Shown here one piece after another: positions 8,849 through 17,234 of a stretch of DNA of 64,000 bases. Both the position numbers and the translations under genes were made by a program. Every line of letters begins with the position of its first letter. The first letter of the stretch is position 1. The stretch comes from a virus, in the UHGV virus genome UHGV-0010228; one strand, written 5' to 3'. The notes under the pieces are model-generated. The model was not told the origin of the DNA and did no database searches. It saw nothing but the letters and a program-made list of their open reading frames with translations.

Positions 8849-9925
8849 ATGGAAACTACGAGAAAAATTACACACAAAACGATAAAGAACGGTGAGGTTC
8901 TTGTAGACTCAACAAACACAGAAGTTACTACAATTGAAACGGGTGATAATTATCATAGAGAAATCACAATTTCAAAAAGCGAATCCGGGGAAAATGAATT
9001 TGTTTCATTTAAAGGGGTTCGTCATTTCTCCGATAATTCTTATCGAGATGAATCATATTATATTACTAACGAATCATTAGTTGGAAATGTCTCAGATGTT
9101 ACAGATATTGACGAAGGTGATTATCATATTACCATTGAAGAGCACTACTATTGTATCATTGAGGGTAATTACTTAAATAATATTCCTGAAACTCTTCCTG
9201 AAGATTCCTTAATTCTTGAACGTGTGATGGTTACTAGTAAATCTAAAACCCCTTCAGGAATTGAATATGCTGCAACTGCAGTAACTGAATGTAAGACTAC
9301 TGAAGGTATGGATGAGTATAACTATATGGTATCTACACATACTTTACCAACAGATACCGAATCACCATTTGGTGGTAAAACGCAGCTTATTGCAGTTAAT
9401 TCACTTGAACCTGGAAGAACTAGAGTTAGATTAGTATGTGTTACTGTACCTGATGATGATTCTAATCCTGAATTATTATTTGCATTTGAAAATGTAGGTA
9501 GTAAGGATTCAGATCCTTCAGCATTTATTTCAACACATATTAATTATGATCAGATGGATTCCGTTTTAAATATATCTATAACAGATCTTGAAGATGGAAA
9601 TGTGTATATTGAATTAAAGAATGAAAACGTTGAAATCGAAGTTGGAGTATCGTTAGAAGAATTCAAGAGTAGAAAAGTTACAGATATTAATGGTGCAATA
9701 TATCTCGAATCTAATATTGGGGATGATAGTAGAAACACACTTGAACTTATCGGTGATAGTGGGTTCGCTAAGATCGAACAGATCATCTCATTAATAACAT
9801 GGGATAAAGTGATTGAAAAAATCAATGATGTTTTGAAGTATATTAATAACAGTGAAATTGCAAATATAACTTTCATGTTTGAGGACGGTGAAGCACATTT
9901 TGATCCTGATTATATTCAGGCATAA
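8849..9925 (+). CDS. Hypothetical protein
   Basis: ATG at 8849 with RBS 'aaaggag' at 8834-8840. The track start at 8831 is GTG. Followed by a strong terminator. Confidence 0.6.
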   Translation: METTRKITHKTIKNGEVLVDSTNTEVTTIETGDNYHREITISKSESGENEFVSFKGVRHFSDNSYRDESYYITNESLVGNVSDVTDIDEGDYHITIEEHYYCIIEGNYLNNIPETLPEDSLILERVMVTSKSKTPSGIEYAATAVTECKTTEGMDEYNYMVSTHTLPTDTESPFGGKTQLIAVNSLEPGRTRVRLVCVTVPDDDSNPELLFAFENVGSKDSDPSAFISTHINYDQMDSVLNISITDLEDGNVYIELKNENVEIEVGVSLEEFKSRKVTDINGAIYLESNIGDDSRNTLELIGDSGFAKIEQIISLITWDKVIEKINDVLKYINNSEIANITFMFEDGEAHFDPDYIQA

Positions 9926-9955
9926 TAATATTGCTATCTAAAATTTAATATAATA

Positions 9956-9992
9956 AAGTATCACAAAATTTTGTGATACTTTATTTTTTTTC
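9956..9992 (+). terminator. Rho-independent terminator
   Basis: Hairpin 'aagtatcacaaaattttgtgatactt' followed by T9. Confidence 0.75.
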
Positions 9993-10493
9993 TGAAAATA
10001 TTTTGATAGATTTTTAAACGATATATTACTCAGATGAATCTTTCGTTTCATAAGAGTTTATATAGAAATATTTCTATATAAACTCTTATTCCTAGTTGTA
10101 TATAAATGAGCTTATATAAATATAAATATTTATATAAGTAGATAGATATTAGAATTTATATATAATCTATATAGAGTTTATAGAGCTTTTATATATAAAT
10201 ATAGTAGATATTATATATATTTATATAAATAGAAAATAAATTATAAATAGTTATGAATTTTATTAAAGAATATTATTTACAGTTATATAAATAAATCTAT
10301 ATAAATAAATCTATATAAATATTTCAATACTCAATAAATATAAAAATACTCTTTAATAAATATATTATATAATAGAATATAAATTATATCCGATATAAAA
10401 ATACCCTACCCTGACGGCATCCGAGCAATATATCTTCGATATAATGTTATGGGGTATTTTTAAGTTTTCAACCCCCGAAAGGAGTCAATTAAA
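9993..10493. repeat. Non-coding AT-rich region with a 38-bp perfect palindrome (10051-10088) and about 8 copies of the 'TATATAAATA' iteron. Candidate origin or regulatory hub.
   Basis: 'taagagtttatatagaaat|atttctatataaactctta' is a perfect inverted repeat. 'ttatataaat' recurs throughout 10100-10330, including the tandem 'aaatctatataaataaatctatataaat'. There is a stem-loop 'aaataccc...gggtattt' at 10401-10456. Confidence 0.6.
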
Positions 10494-11006
10494 ATGAAAT
10501 TTTACAGAGCAGATTATGGTGCATACACATTAGCAATTTCAGAAAAGGAAAAATATGCTAGAAAGTATGCAGAAGATATGAGATGTCTATCTTCAAATAG
10601 TTCAGATAATAAGTCATATACTATTAAAGAAATAGATACAACATATGATGAATTAATGAATAATGATTTAGAAGGAAGATTAGTTCAGAAAATGGGTAAA
10701 GGATTATATCTTACATATGAAGATATATATCTATTAGATAAAGAATCTTCCAACTTTATATCTTTATATGAAAATACAATCAAATCTCTACAAGAATTAG
10801 CATATTATAGTTCAAAGATACCTTCTAATACAGGATTAACAGAAAAATTTAAAGATCTAAGAAGTATAATGGTAGATTACAATTCTAATTTTCAGAAAGC
10901 AAAATTCTCAGCTGCAGTACAACACAACTCACCAGTATTTTCTGAAAATATAGATGAATATATCTTTTATGTATTCGGATCTAATGAATTAAAATGTTCA
11001 AATTAA
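10494..11006 (+). CDS. Hypothetical protein
   Basis: RBS 'aaaggag'. 170-aa ORF. Confidence 0.55.
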   Translation: MKFYRADYGAYTLAISEKEKYARKYAEDMRCLSSNSSDNKSYTIKEIDTTYDELMNNDLEGRLVQKMGKGLYLTYEDIYLLDKESSNFISLYENTIKSLQELAYYSSKIPSNTGLTEKFKDLRSIMVDYNSNFQKAKFSAAVQHNSPVFSENIDEYIFYVFGSNELKCSN

Positions 11007-11150
11007 TTATAATATAAAAGAAATATAGTAGAAGGCTAAAAGCCTTCTACTATATTTACCACACAGATTTTCAAAAAGGAATGAATTATTTGAGGAAAAA
11101 TTTATACAATATGTTTTCAAATTTACATATATGTTTAGTATATTCTAAAA

Positions 11151-11696
11151 TTAAAACGGATTATATTGCATAGCCATAGAACTGAATTTCTCAAGAATTA
11201 TTCCACCATTATCAGGATTCTTCCAATATTCTTTAGAAGTTTTTGAAAAATTTAAATTACATTCAAATTTAATAAATTCTTTAAATTTTTTATATGGCAT
11301 TCTACACATATGCATCCAACAATCCTTGAAAAAGTCATCATAAAGATTATTTTTTATAGCCCATTTGTAGCCAGGAGTAGTTCTTGATGTGAATAGATAT
11401 GGTGCATCCCATAATATCATTTGTTCACCTTCCATTTTAGCAGTGAATATAATTATGTAATCTATACCGTTATTAGGATTGTAATTTAAATATGCATATA
11501 TACGAGTTAGTTTGGGGAAATATATCTTATAATTATCTAATAAATTCTGAAATACAATTTGCCTATCATTTGGTGAAATAAACATTAATTCGTTCATAGG
11601 TGGAACTACCTTATCTCTTATCTTAATCATTTTTTGATTCCTCCTTTTCATCATTAAATAGAGTGTTAAAGAGTGTATAGAGAATTCTCTATACAC
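11151..11696 (-). CDS. Hypothetical protein
   Basis: 181-aa ORF convergent with 10494-11006. Confidence 0.5.
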   Translation of the reverse strand: MYREFSIHSLTLYLMMKRRNQKMIKIRDKVVPPMNELMFISPNDRQIVFQNLLDNYKIYFPKLTRIYAYLNYNPNNGIDYIIIFTAKMEGEQMILWDAPYLFTSRTTPGYKWAIKNNLYDDFFKDCWMHMCRMPYKKFKEFIKFECNLNFSKTSKEYWKNPDNGGIILEKFSSMAMQYNPF

Positions 11697-11848
11697 TCTT
11701 TAATCGGGAATAAACTACACTAGGATTTATATTACAATAGGAGATTTAGTAATTTTCTTTTTTCTAGGTTTTACATACATGTTAATACAATATAAAAATT
11801 TATTTATATTAATATATTATTAATTTGATAGGAGGAAATATAAATATT

Positions 11849-12976
11849 ATGAGAAAAGGTATAATCTTAAAGAATAGTGGTAAATATAGTATCAAATCTT
11901 TACCAAAATTAATTCCAAAAAGAAATAAATTAGATAAGATTAAGTATATCTTATTACCAATAATGGGAGATATGTATAATATATACTTACCATTAATACC
12001 AACTGAATTAATGTATTCTACAAAAATTACAGTTAATATGATATTAGGCACATATTCTGTTGACTATGAAACTGAAGAGATCATATACTTAGATGAATTA
12101 TATGATGATAGAGAATTTGATGATTATATATCGTTTATAAATTATATTTATACTATATATAAATCAGATGGATTCAATATTGTATTTTCATCATTAAAAT
12201 CAGACTCATTTAATGTTGAAATATTTGAATTCTTAAAAGTTACAAGTCTGGATATTAAATTTTATAAAGATAATGAATTAAAAGATAAAATCTTTTATGA
12301 ATCTGAAGATCCAGATTATCAAAATTATTATATAAATGGAGTTGAAGCTATAAATCAAGATTTAATATCGTTATTAGATAAAATAATAGTTCCAACGTAT
12401 AATCCACATAGTCAACCAAAAAGATTGGAAAGTATATTATTTAATGATTTAGGATATGAATTCTCACCAATAAATGATTTAAAAGATAATCATATTTATT
12501 GCGATTTTGTATTATATCCAATATATGAATTTAATAGTTTCATAATGATATCTCCAGATGAAATAGAAAATCTCAGCAAAAATTATTCATCTAGGTTATA
12601 CATCTTAACATTGCCCAAAATAATTAAGTATTATAATGATCCTCAAGTAATGAATAATATTAAAAATCTAATAATACGAGATGAAATATCTGGTGAGTTG
12701 GATGTATGGGATTACTTTGAGTATTCAATATTATATTATGATCGTATATTAACTTTAATACCATATATAGAGTATATTTGCTTATATTTAGAATATATAT
12801 ACATGAATTATCTTGATGATAATATTAATCCTGGAGAAAGCAATATACTTATTAAAGTTAATAGTGATGGAAGAAGATTATCTGATTGTGATTACTATCT
12901 TTTATCAGAATTAAAAGATCGTAATAATATAAATTCAATTATATCTAAACTATTAGAAGGAGAAGACAATGATTAA
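11849..12976 (+). CDS. Hypothetical protein (Y/I/N-rich)
   Basis: ATG at 11849 with RBS 'taggagg'. A plus-oriented 'taatatattattaatttg' motif lies at 11809-11826. Confidence 0.55.
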   Translation: MRKGIILKNSGKYSIKSLPKLIPKRNKLDKIKYILLPIMGDMYNIYLPLIPTELMYSTKITVNMILGTYSVDYETEEIIYLDELYDDREFDDYISFINYIYTIYKSDGFNIVFSSLKSDSFNVEIFEFLKVTSLDIKFYKDNELKDKIFYESEDPDYQNYYINGVEAINQDLISLLDKIIVPTYNPHSQPKRLESILFNDLGYEFSPINDLKDNHIYCDFVLYPIYEFNSFIMISPDEIENLSKNYSSRLYILTLPKIIKYYNDPQVMNNIKNLIIRDEISGELDVWDYFEYSILYYDRILTLIPYIEYICLYLEYIYMNYLDDNINPGESNILIKVNSDGRRLSDCDYYLLSELKDRNNINSIISKLLEGEDND

Positions 12977-13679
12977 AAACATGATAATGAAAAGTAGATT
13001 CTTAAAAATCTATATGCCTTTAGATGAGAAAGATGCTTTATTAATATTGAATGAAGCAAGCCAGATCTTTGATAATGGTATAGTGATTTATCCTCACGAT
13101 ATCGATTCACCTATAGATCCAGAATCGTGCTATATAATAAAACATAAAGGTGAATCTCCAAATGGTGACATATTCAGATATATATCTGATTGTGCAATAC
13201 TTAATGGGTCAGATTCGATTCCATCAACACTAATTCCAATGGAATTAGAAATCGCACCAGCAACAAATATTCATATACTAAGTAAATTAGATACTGAAAG
13301 ATCAAATGATAAATTCATAATTTATCCATGTACAGATATGAATTTAATAATCAAAGTAAAGACAAAATTTTATGAAAAAGTAGTATCATCAGTAAAAGGT
13401 GTCAGATTTGATTTTGCATTGAAACCTATAGGTGAAGTACTTAATAGATATAACATATTTAATTCAACTGCATTGATATCTGATATATTTCTGGTTGTTA
13501 AATATATGCTTTATCTACCATATATCGTAATGGCATATGGAGATGCGTGTGCACTTAAGATATCTATAGAATATAAAGATAAGTCAACAACTAATATTCT
13601 ATACTCATATGATGATGTTGTTCATGGTAATATTATAGCTGATGTAATGGAGGTGATAAATTGGAAGGAATCTCATTAG
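12969..13679 (+). CDS. Hypothetical protein
   Basis: Start overlaps the upstream stop (ATGATTAA). 236 aa. Confidence 0.55.
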   Translation: MIKNMIMKSRFLKIYMPLDEKDALLILNEASQIFDNGIVIYPHDIDSPIDPESCYIIKHKGESPNGDIFRYISDCAILNGSDSIPSTLIPMELEIAPATNIHILSKLDTERSNDKFIIYPCTDMNLIIKVKTKFYEKVVSSVKGVRFDFALKPIGEVLNRYNIFNSTALISDIFLVVKYMLYLPYIVMAYGDACALKISIEYKDKSTTNILYSYDDVVHGNIIADVMEVINWKESH

Positions 13680-13763
13680 ACAAAATTCTGGAGAGTTTAA
13701 ACTCTCCAGAAAATAAACTGATAAATCCAAATTATAAAGGTAATATAGAGGAGGACAATACTG

Positions 13764-14378
13764 GTGATATTTGATAAACTTACAATGAAAATTATTAATA
13801 ATGAAAAGAAATTGATAGATTTAAATAATAGTGAATCTACAGCATTTGCTGTAGATATTATAACAGAATATTGTGTCCACAATAAAACTCATATAATACA
13901 AATAGTAAAATCGTCTATTGTAGCATTACTATTAATGATTATAATGATATTTTCTTGGATAAATATGTATAAGCATCAAGTTGTGATAAATATGGATTAT
14001 GATTTATTAGTTGCAATAGATCATATTTTATTAACAATATGTAGCATATATGCGCTATATTATTTAATTTCATCTGGAAAAATAACTGTATTATTAGTTG
14101 ACGTATATAATTCAATTAATCACTTAGGTAGTTTGAGTAAACTTCATAAAGAAATTAATAGTATCGATCCAGATGAACTCAAGACTAATAAATCTAAGGA
14201 ATTATTTAGCCAAGCAATTAATCAAGTTGTAAATCTTAGTGAACTTAAAACTGCATATTTAATTGCTGATCATTTATCATATGCCAACGAATATGTATCT
14301 TTCAATAGAGTGCGAAATTTCATGAATAAATTGGTTGTGTGTTATGTTGCGTTAACATCTTTCTTAATATATATTTAA
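13764..14378 (+). CDS. Membrane protein (multiple TM helices)
   Basis: GTG start with 'gaggagg' 8 nt upstream. Hydrophobic segments 'IVALLLMIIMIFSWI' and 'LLTICSIYALYYLI'. Confidence 0.5.
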   Translation: MIFDKLTMKIINNEKKLIDLNNSESTAFAVDIITEYCVHNKTHIIQIVKSSIVALLLMIIMIFSWINMYKHQVVINMDYDLLVAIDHILLTICSIYALYYLISSGKITVLLVDVYNSINHLGSLSKLHKEINSIDPDELKTNKSKELFSQAINQVVNLSELKTAYLIADHLSYANEYVSFNRVRNFMNKLVVCYVALTSFLIYI

Positions 14379-14396
14379 ATTGGAGGTTAAAATACT

Positions 14397-14858
14397 ATGA
14401 GTAATATGAAAAATTTTAATCTTAATAATCCGTTCGTTATTAAGTGTAAAGAGAGTTATGATAATCTCAATAAGACAATAATTGAATCTATCAAGGCTTC
14501 AATTGAGATGATTATTGGTACCTTTATAATAGTGCTAATAGATTTATTAGGGCATTTTCTTATGCCTGAATATAATAATATCACTAGAGCACTGATAAGT
14601 GCAATTGTATTATTTACATTAGTTATTATATTATCAACCCTATTAGTTGATAATATAATACGCAAATCTAAATTAGTTGATATAAATAAATTAATAGATT
14701 CAAATTCATTTGAAGTATTAAATGCTAATAATGAATTACTATTCAATACCAATCTTGAAATAGAAAATCTAGAAGGTAAATGTAATGTTATGATAAATGT
14801 ATTTATTGTAACATTATGTGTTGAAATTGTTAGTCAGATTATATTATGGGTGGTGTAA
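14397..14858 (+). CDS. Membrane protein
   Basis: RBS 'ggaggt'. TM segments 'IIGTFIIVLIDLLG' and 'ISAIVLFTLVIILSTLLV'. Confidence 0.5.
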   Translation: MSNMKNFNLNNPFVIKCKESYDNLNKTIIESIKASIEMIIGTFIIVLIDLLGHFLMPEYNNITRALISAIVLFTLVIILSTLLVDNIIRKSKLVDINKLIDSNSFEVLNANNELLFNTNLEIENLEGKCNVMINVFIVTLCVEIVSQIILWVV

Positions 14859-14861
14859 GTT

Positions 14862-15359
14862 ATGGAAATAAATGGAATAATTAAAAAATATAAGTTATCA
14901 TCTTTACCTGAAGATATCAAAAGTGATATATTATCTATGAGCCCTAAATATATTCCTGAGATTATTAAAACTAATACTTCTACATTTATAAAGGCTAATG
15001 ATATAGCAATGATAGATAATTGGTCTAAATCATATATTAGATTTATATTGTATGATGTAAATGGTAAAATGATCGATAATGATGGGGATTATATTGAATA
15101 TGATGATTCGTTATATATGGCAAGATATTCAATATCATCTATAGCTACAATAGATCAGTTGAATATGGATTATGTAGTTAAATGTGATGATATTGAGTTA
15201 TATGGAGTTATTGATGGTAATGGTAATACTAGATATATAGGATTTATATCTATGGACTTAGATAAATTTCCAGATTTAAATTCAATAATATTTGGAGAAG
15301 AAAATAGAGAAATAATTTATAATAAATTCTTCAAGTATAATCAGAATATAAAAAAATAA
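14862..15359 (+). CDS. Hypothetical protein
   Basis: 165-aa ORF tightly following 14397-14858. Confidence 0.5.
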   Translation: MEINGIIKKYKLSSLPEDIKSDILSMSPKYIPEIIKTNTSTFIKANDIAMIDNWSKSYIRFILYDVNGKMIDNDGDYIEYDDSLYMARYSISSIATIDQLNMDYVVKCDDIELYGVIDGNGNTRYIGFISMDLDKFPDLNSIIFGEENREIIYNKFFKYNQNIKK

Positions 15360-15375
15360 ATTTATTAAAGTCTAT

Positions 15376-15412
15376 ATCAAAGAGAGTTCCAACATTGGAA
15401 CTCTCTTTGATA
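15376..15412. terminator. Bidirectional terminator hairpin between convergent genes
   Basis: 'atcaaagagagttccaacattggaactctctttgat' forms a 15-bp stem. Confidence 0.65.
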
Positions 15413-15441
15413 GTTTGGTAGAAGATATTTTTTATTTTTCT

Positions 15442-15981
15442 TTAGTAATGCACTACTCCTCCAAGTGCATCCATGATAGGGTCGAGCTTCCGACCAATGT
15501 GCTTATATATACGCATATGGTCGTTAATTTCTGGAGTGAATTTTCCTCCAGAAACTTCAAGCTCCTTCTGGATCAGTTTTTCCAGCTGATCCATAGCTCC
15601 TATAAGAGCCTTTGCTTTTTCGTTGAGTTCTTCGTTATTCATCTTTGAGTAAGAAGAATTCGTACTTGAAAAAGCTTTCTTTGCTTTGTCTCTTGTAAAG
15701 CAAAGTAAAGATTTGAGTTTCTGAGCTGCCGGTGGAAGGATCTTAGCTGCAGCATATGCTGTACCATATGTTACAGCACAAAGGCCGGCATATGCTCCTA
15801 ATACAGCAGCCGTTACTTTTATAGCATCTGCAGGAGTTGCCTTAAGGTCAGTTGTTTTTTCAACTTCCTCGTTCTCGATCTGTTCTCGAGCCTCAACGAC
15901 TCTGCGATCCTGAAGATTTGATAATAAATTCTCTTCAGTTGTAGTTGTAGTATTAACCTGATTCATCTTATTTTTTCTCAT
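15442..15981 (-). CDS. Membrane-anchored hypothetical protein, GC-richer than its surroundings (moron-like)
   Basis: Roughly 40% GC against about 28% around it. TM segment 'VTAAVLGAYAGLCAVTYGTAYAAA'. RBS 'aaggagg'. Preceded by the conserved terminator-promoter module. Confidence 0.6.
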   Translation of the reverse strand: MRKNKMNQVNTTTTTEENLLSNLQDRRVVEAREQIENEEVEKTTDLKATPADAIKVTAAVLGAYAGLCAVTYGTAYAAAKILPPAAQKLKSLLCFTRDKAKKAFSSTNSSYSKMNNEELNEKAKALIGAMDQLEKLIQKELEVSGGKFTPEINDHMRIYKHIGRKLDPIMDALGGVVHY

Positions 15982-16100
15982 AGTATTTTCCTCCTTATTA
16001 TACTATATGAGTTGTATTTATTCACTTTAATAATATACTAATAAAAAAAAAAGAAATTACGGTATATTCTATATATAGAATATACCGTAAATAATATAAT
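15982..16100 (-). promoter_or_regulatory. Repeated module, copy 1: 36-bp perfect-palindrome terminator (16057-16092) + T10 + 'TATATTATTAAAGTG' promoter-like motif + conserved leader with TGTATAAT-like box and RBS
   Basis: The minus-strand read gives a hairpin then 'tttctttttttttt' then 'tattagtatattattaaagtg'. Near-identical copies occur at 33912-34030 and 17112-17190. Confidence 0.6.
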
Positions 16101-16104
16101 GAAA

Positions 16105-16276
16105 ACAATTCATATTAGTCATCAAACTCGATAGGTTTGATGTCATCAGCAACTTCTTTAAGTTCATCAAGAGTCATAACTTCATCATCATATACTGCAT
16201 TAGCAGTATTAATAATAGTTGCTAATCCTCCTATAATAGATAATGCACCAAATGCATAATTGAGTAATCTCATCAT
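16105..16276 (-). CDS. Small hydrophobic protein (about 56 aa)
   Basis: MMRLLNYAFGALSIIGGLATIINTANAVYDDEVMTLDELKEVADDIKPIEFDD. RBS 'aaggag'. Below the ORF-track length cutoff. Confidence 0.45.
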
Positions 16277-16367
16277 TTTTGTGTGCTCCTTTCCATAATT
16301 ATCATTATTATATAGTTATATTTATATAAAAAAGATAAGTCGATAATCAACTTATCTTTGGTAGAGT

Positions 16368-16493
16368 TTATCTACCTGTTAATTCTTTTCTTATAGCATT
16401 ATAACCATCATTAACTAACCGAGTAGTAATGGTTGTAAAGAATGCTGTGATTATAGCTGTTAATGCTATAATCCCTATTTTCTTCCATCCCAT
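16368..16493 (-). CDS. Small membrane protein (41 aa)
   Basis: MGWKKIGIIALTAIITAFFTTITTRLVNDGYNAIRKELTGR. RBS 'aggagg'. Confidence 0.45.
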   Translation of the reverse strand: MGWKKIGIIALTAIITAFFTTITTRLVNDGYNAIRKELTGR

Positions 16494-16578
16494 AATAGTA
16501 ACCTCCTATGTATTTATTCATATTAATAATATATTGAAAAAAATAAAGTATAATAAGTGCATTGAAGCACTCACGCTT

Positions 16579-16794
16579 TTATTTGCGTGAGTGCTTTTTT
16601 CTTCTCATATATTTGGATATCTTCTGATATCCAAATATAATTACTGCTTCTGATAGGAGTATTCCTACTCCTATTATAATTGTCTGGAAATCTGCGCCGC
16701 CAATGCAGCAGCAGATGCCGACTACAGTTATTGCGAATATGAGTATGGACAGTGTCCATACCCATATTCTTTCAATTGGAGTTGTGTTTTTCAT
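16579..16794 (-). CDS. Small membrane protein (71 aa) with a CCC motif
   Basis: MKNTTPIERIWVWTLSILIFAITVVGICCCIGG... GC-richer codons. The C-terminal codons form a hairpin plus T6 on the plus strand (16566-16600). Confidence 0.5.
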   Translation of the reverse strand: MKNTTPIERIWVWTLSILIFAITVVGICCCIGGADFQTIIIGVGILLSEAVIIFGYQKISKYMRRKKHSRK

Positions 16795-16795
16795 T

Positions 16796-16963
16796 TTAAC
16801 ACCCCCAATTGTTATGTAAGAGATTTATATTCATCTCTTCCTGACGAAGCTGCTCTGCCTGAAGGCGCTGCTGCTCCTCTTCCATTAATTTGTGGGCTTT
16901 CTTAATAAGCCCACCGCCACCTTTCTTTTCAGTCTCTCTAACTTCTTTAAATCTAATTCTCAT
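16796..16963 (-). CDS. Small charged protein (55 aa), paralog of 16968-17111
   Basis: MRIRFKEVRETEKKGGGGLIKKAHKLMEEEQQRLQAEQLRQEE... RBS 'aaggagg'. The track's 88-aa version is an upstream extension. Confidence 0.5.
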   Translation of the reverse strand: MRIRFKEVRETEKKGGGGLIKKAHKLMEEEQQRLQAEQLRQEEMNINLLHNNWGC

Positions 16964-16967
16964 GATG

Positions 16968-17111
16968 TTATTCCTCCTTTTCATCATATCCCATAAGTTC
17001 TTTATAAAGGCGTAATGCTTCTTCAGAGAAGCCACCCTGTGAAGATTTTTTGTTTTCTTCACGTTCTTTCACCTCTATTATCTCTCTCACTTCTCTAATT
17101 TTTATTCTCAT
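16968..17111 (-). CDS. Small charged protein (47 aa), paralog of 16796-16963
   Basis: MRIKIREVREIIEVKEREENKKSSQGGFSEEALRLYKELMGYDEKEE. RBS 'aaggagg'. Same N-terminal MRI(K/R)..EVRE as its paralog. Confidence 0.5.
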   Translation of the reverse strand: MRIKIREVREIIEVKEREENKKSSQGGFSEEALRLYKELMGYDEKEE

Positions 17112-17190
17112 AGTATTTCCTCCTTTATTATACACTATGATTATAACTTCACTTTAATAATATATGAATATACAATCCAGTAATTACGGT
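17112..17190 (-). promoter_or_regulatory. Repeated promoter/leader module, copy 3 (drives the small-protein operon 17111 to 16105)
   Basis: The minus-strand read is 'accgtaattactggattgtatattcatatattattaaagtgaagttataatcatagtgtataataaaggagg'. It shares 'accgtaatt', 'tatattattaaagtg' and 'catagtgtataat' with copies 1 and 2. Confidence 0.55.
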
Positions 17191-17234
17191 CAAATAACAA
17201 TGCTCTAATTTATATAAAGGAGGCGATCTATATT

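Noticed and set aside
10100-10330. 'TATATAAATA' repeat array considered as a possible CRISPR array.
   Set aside because: The repeat units are only about 10 nt, irregularly spaced, without spacers of defined length or any cas genes. Iteron or promoter cluster is the better explanation.
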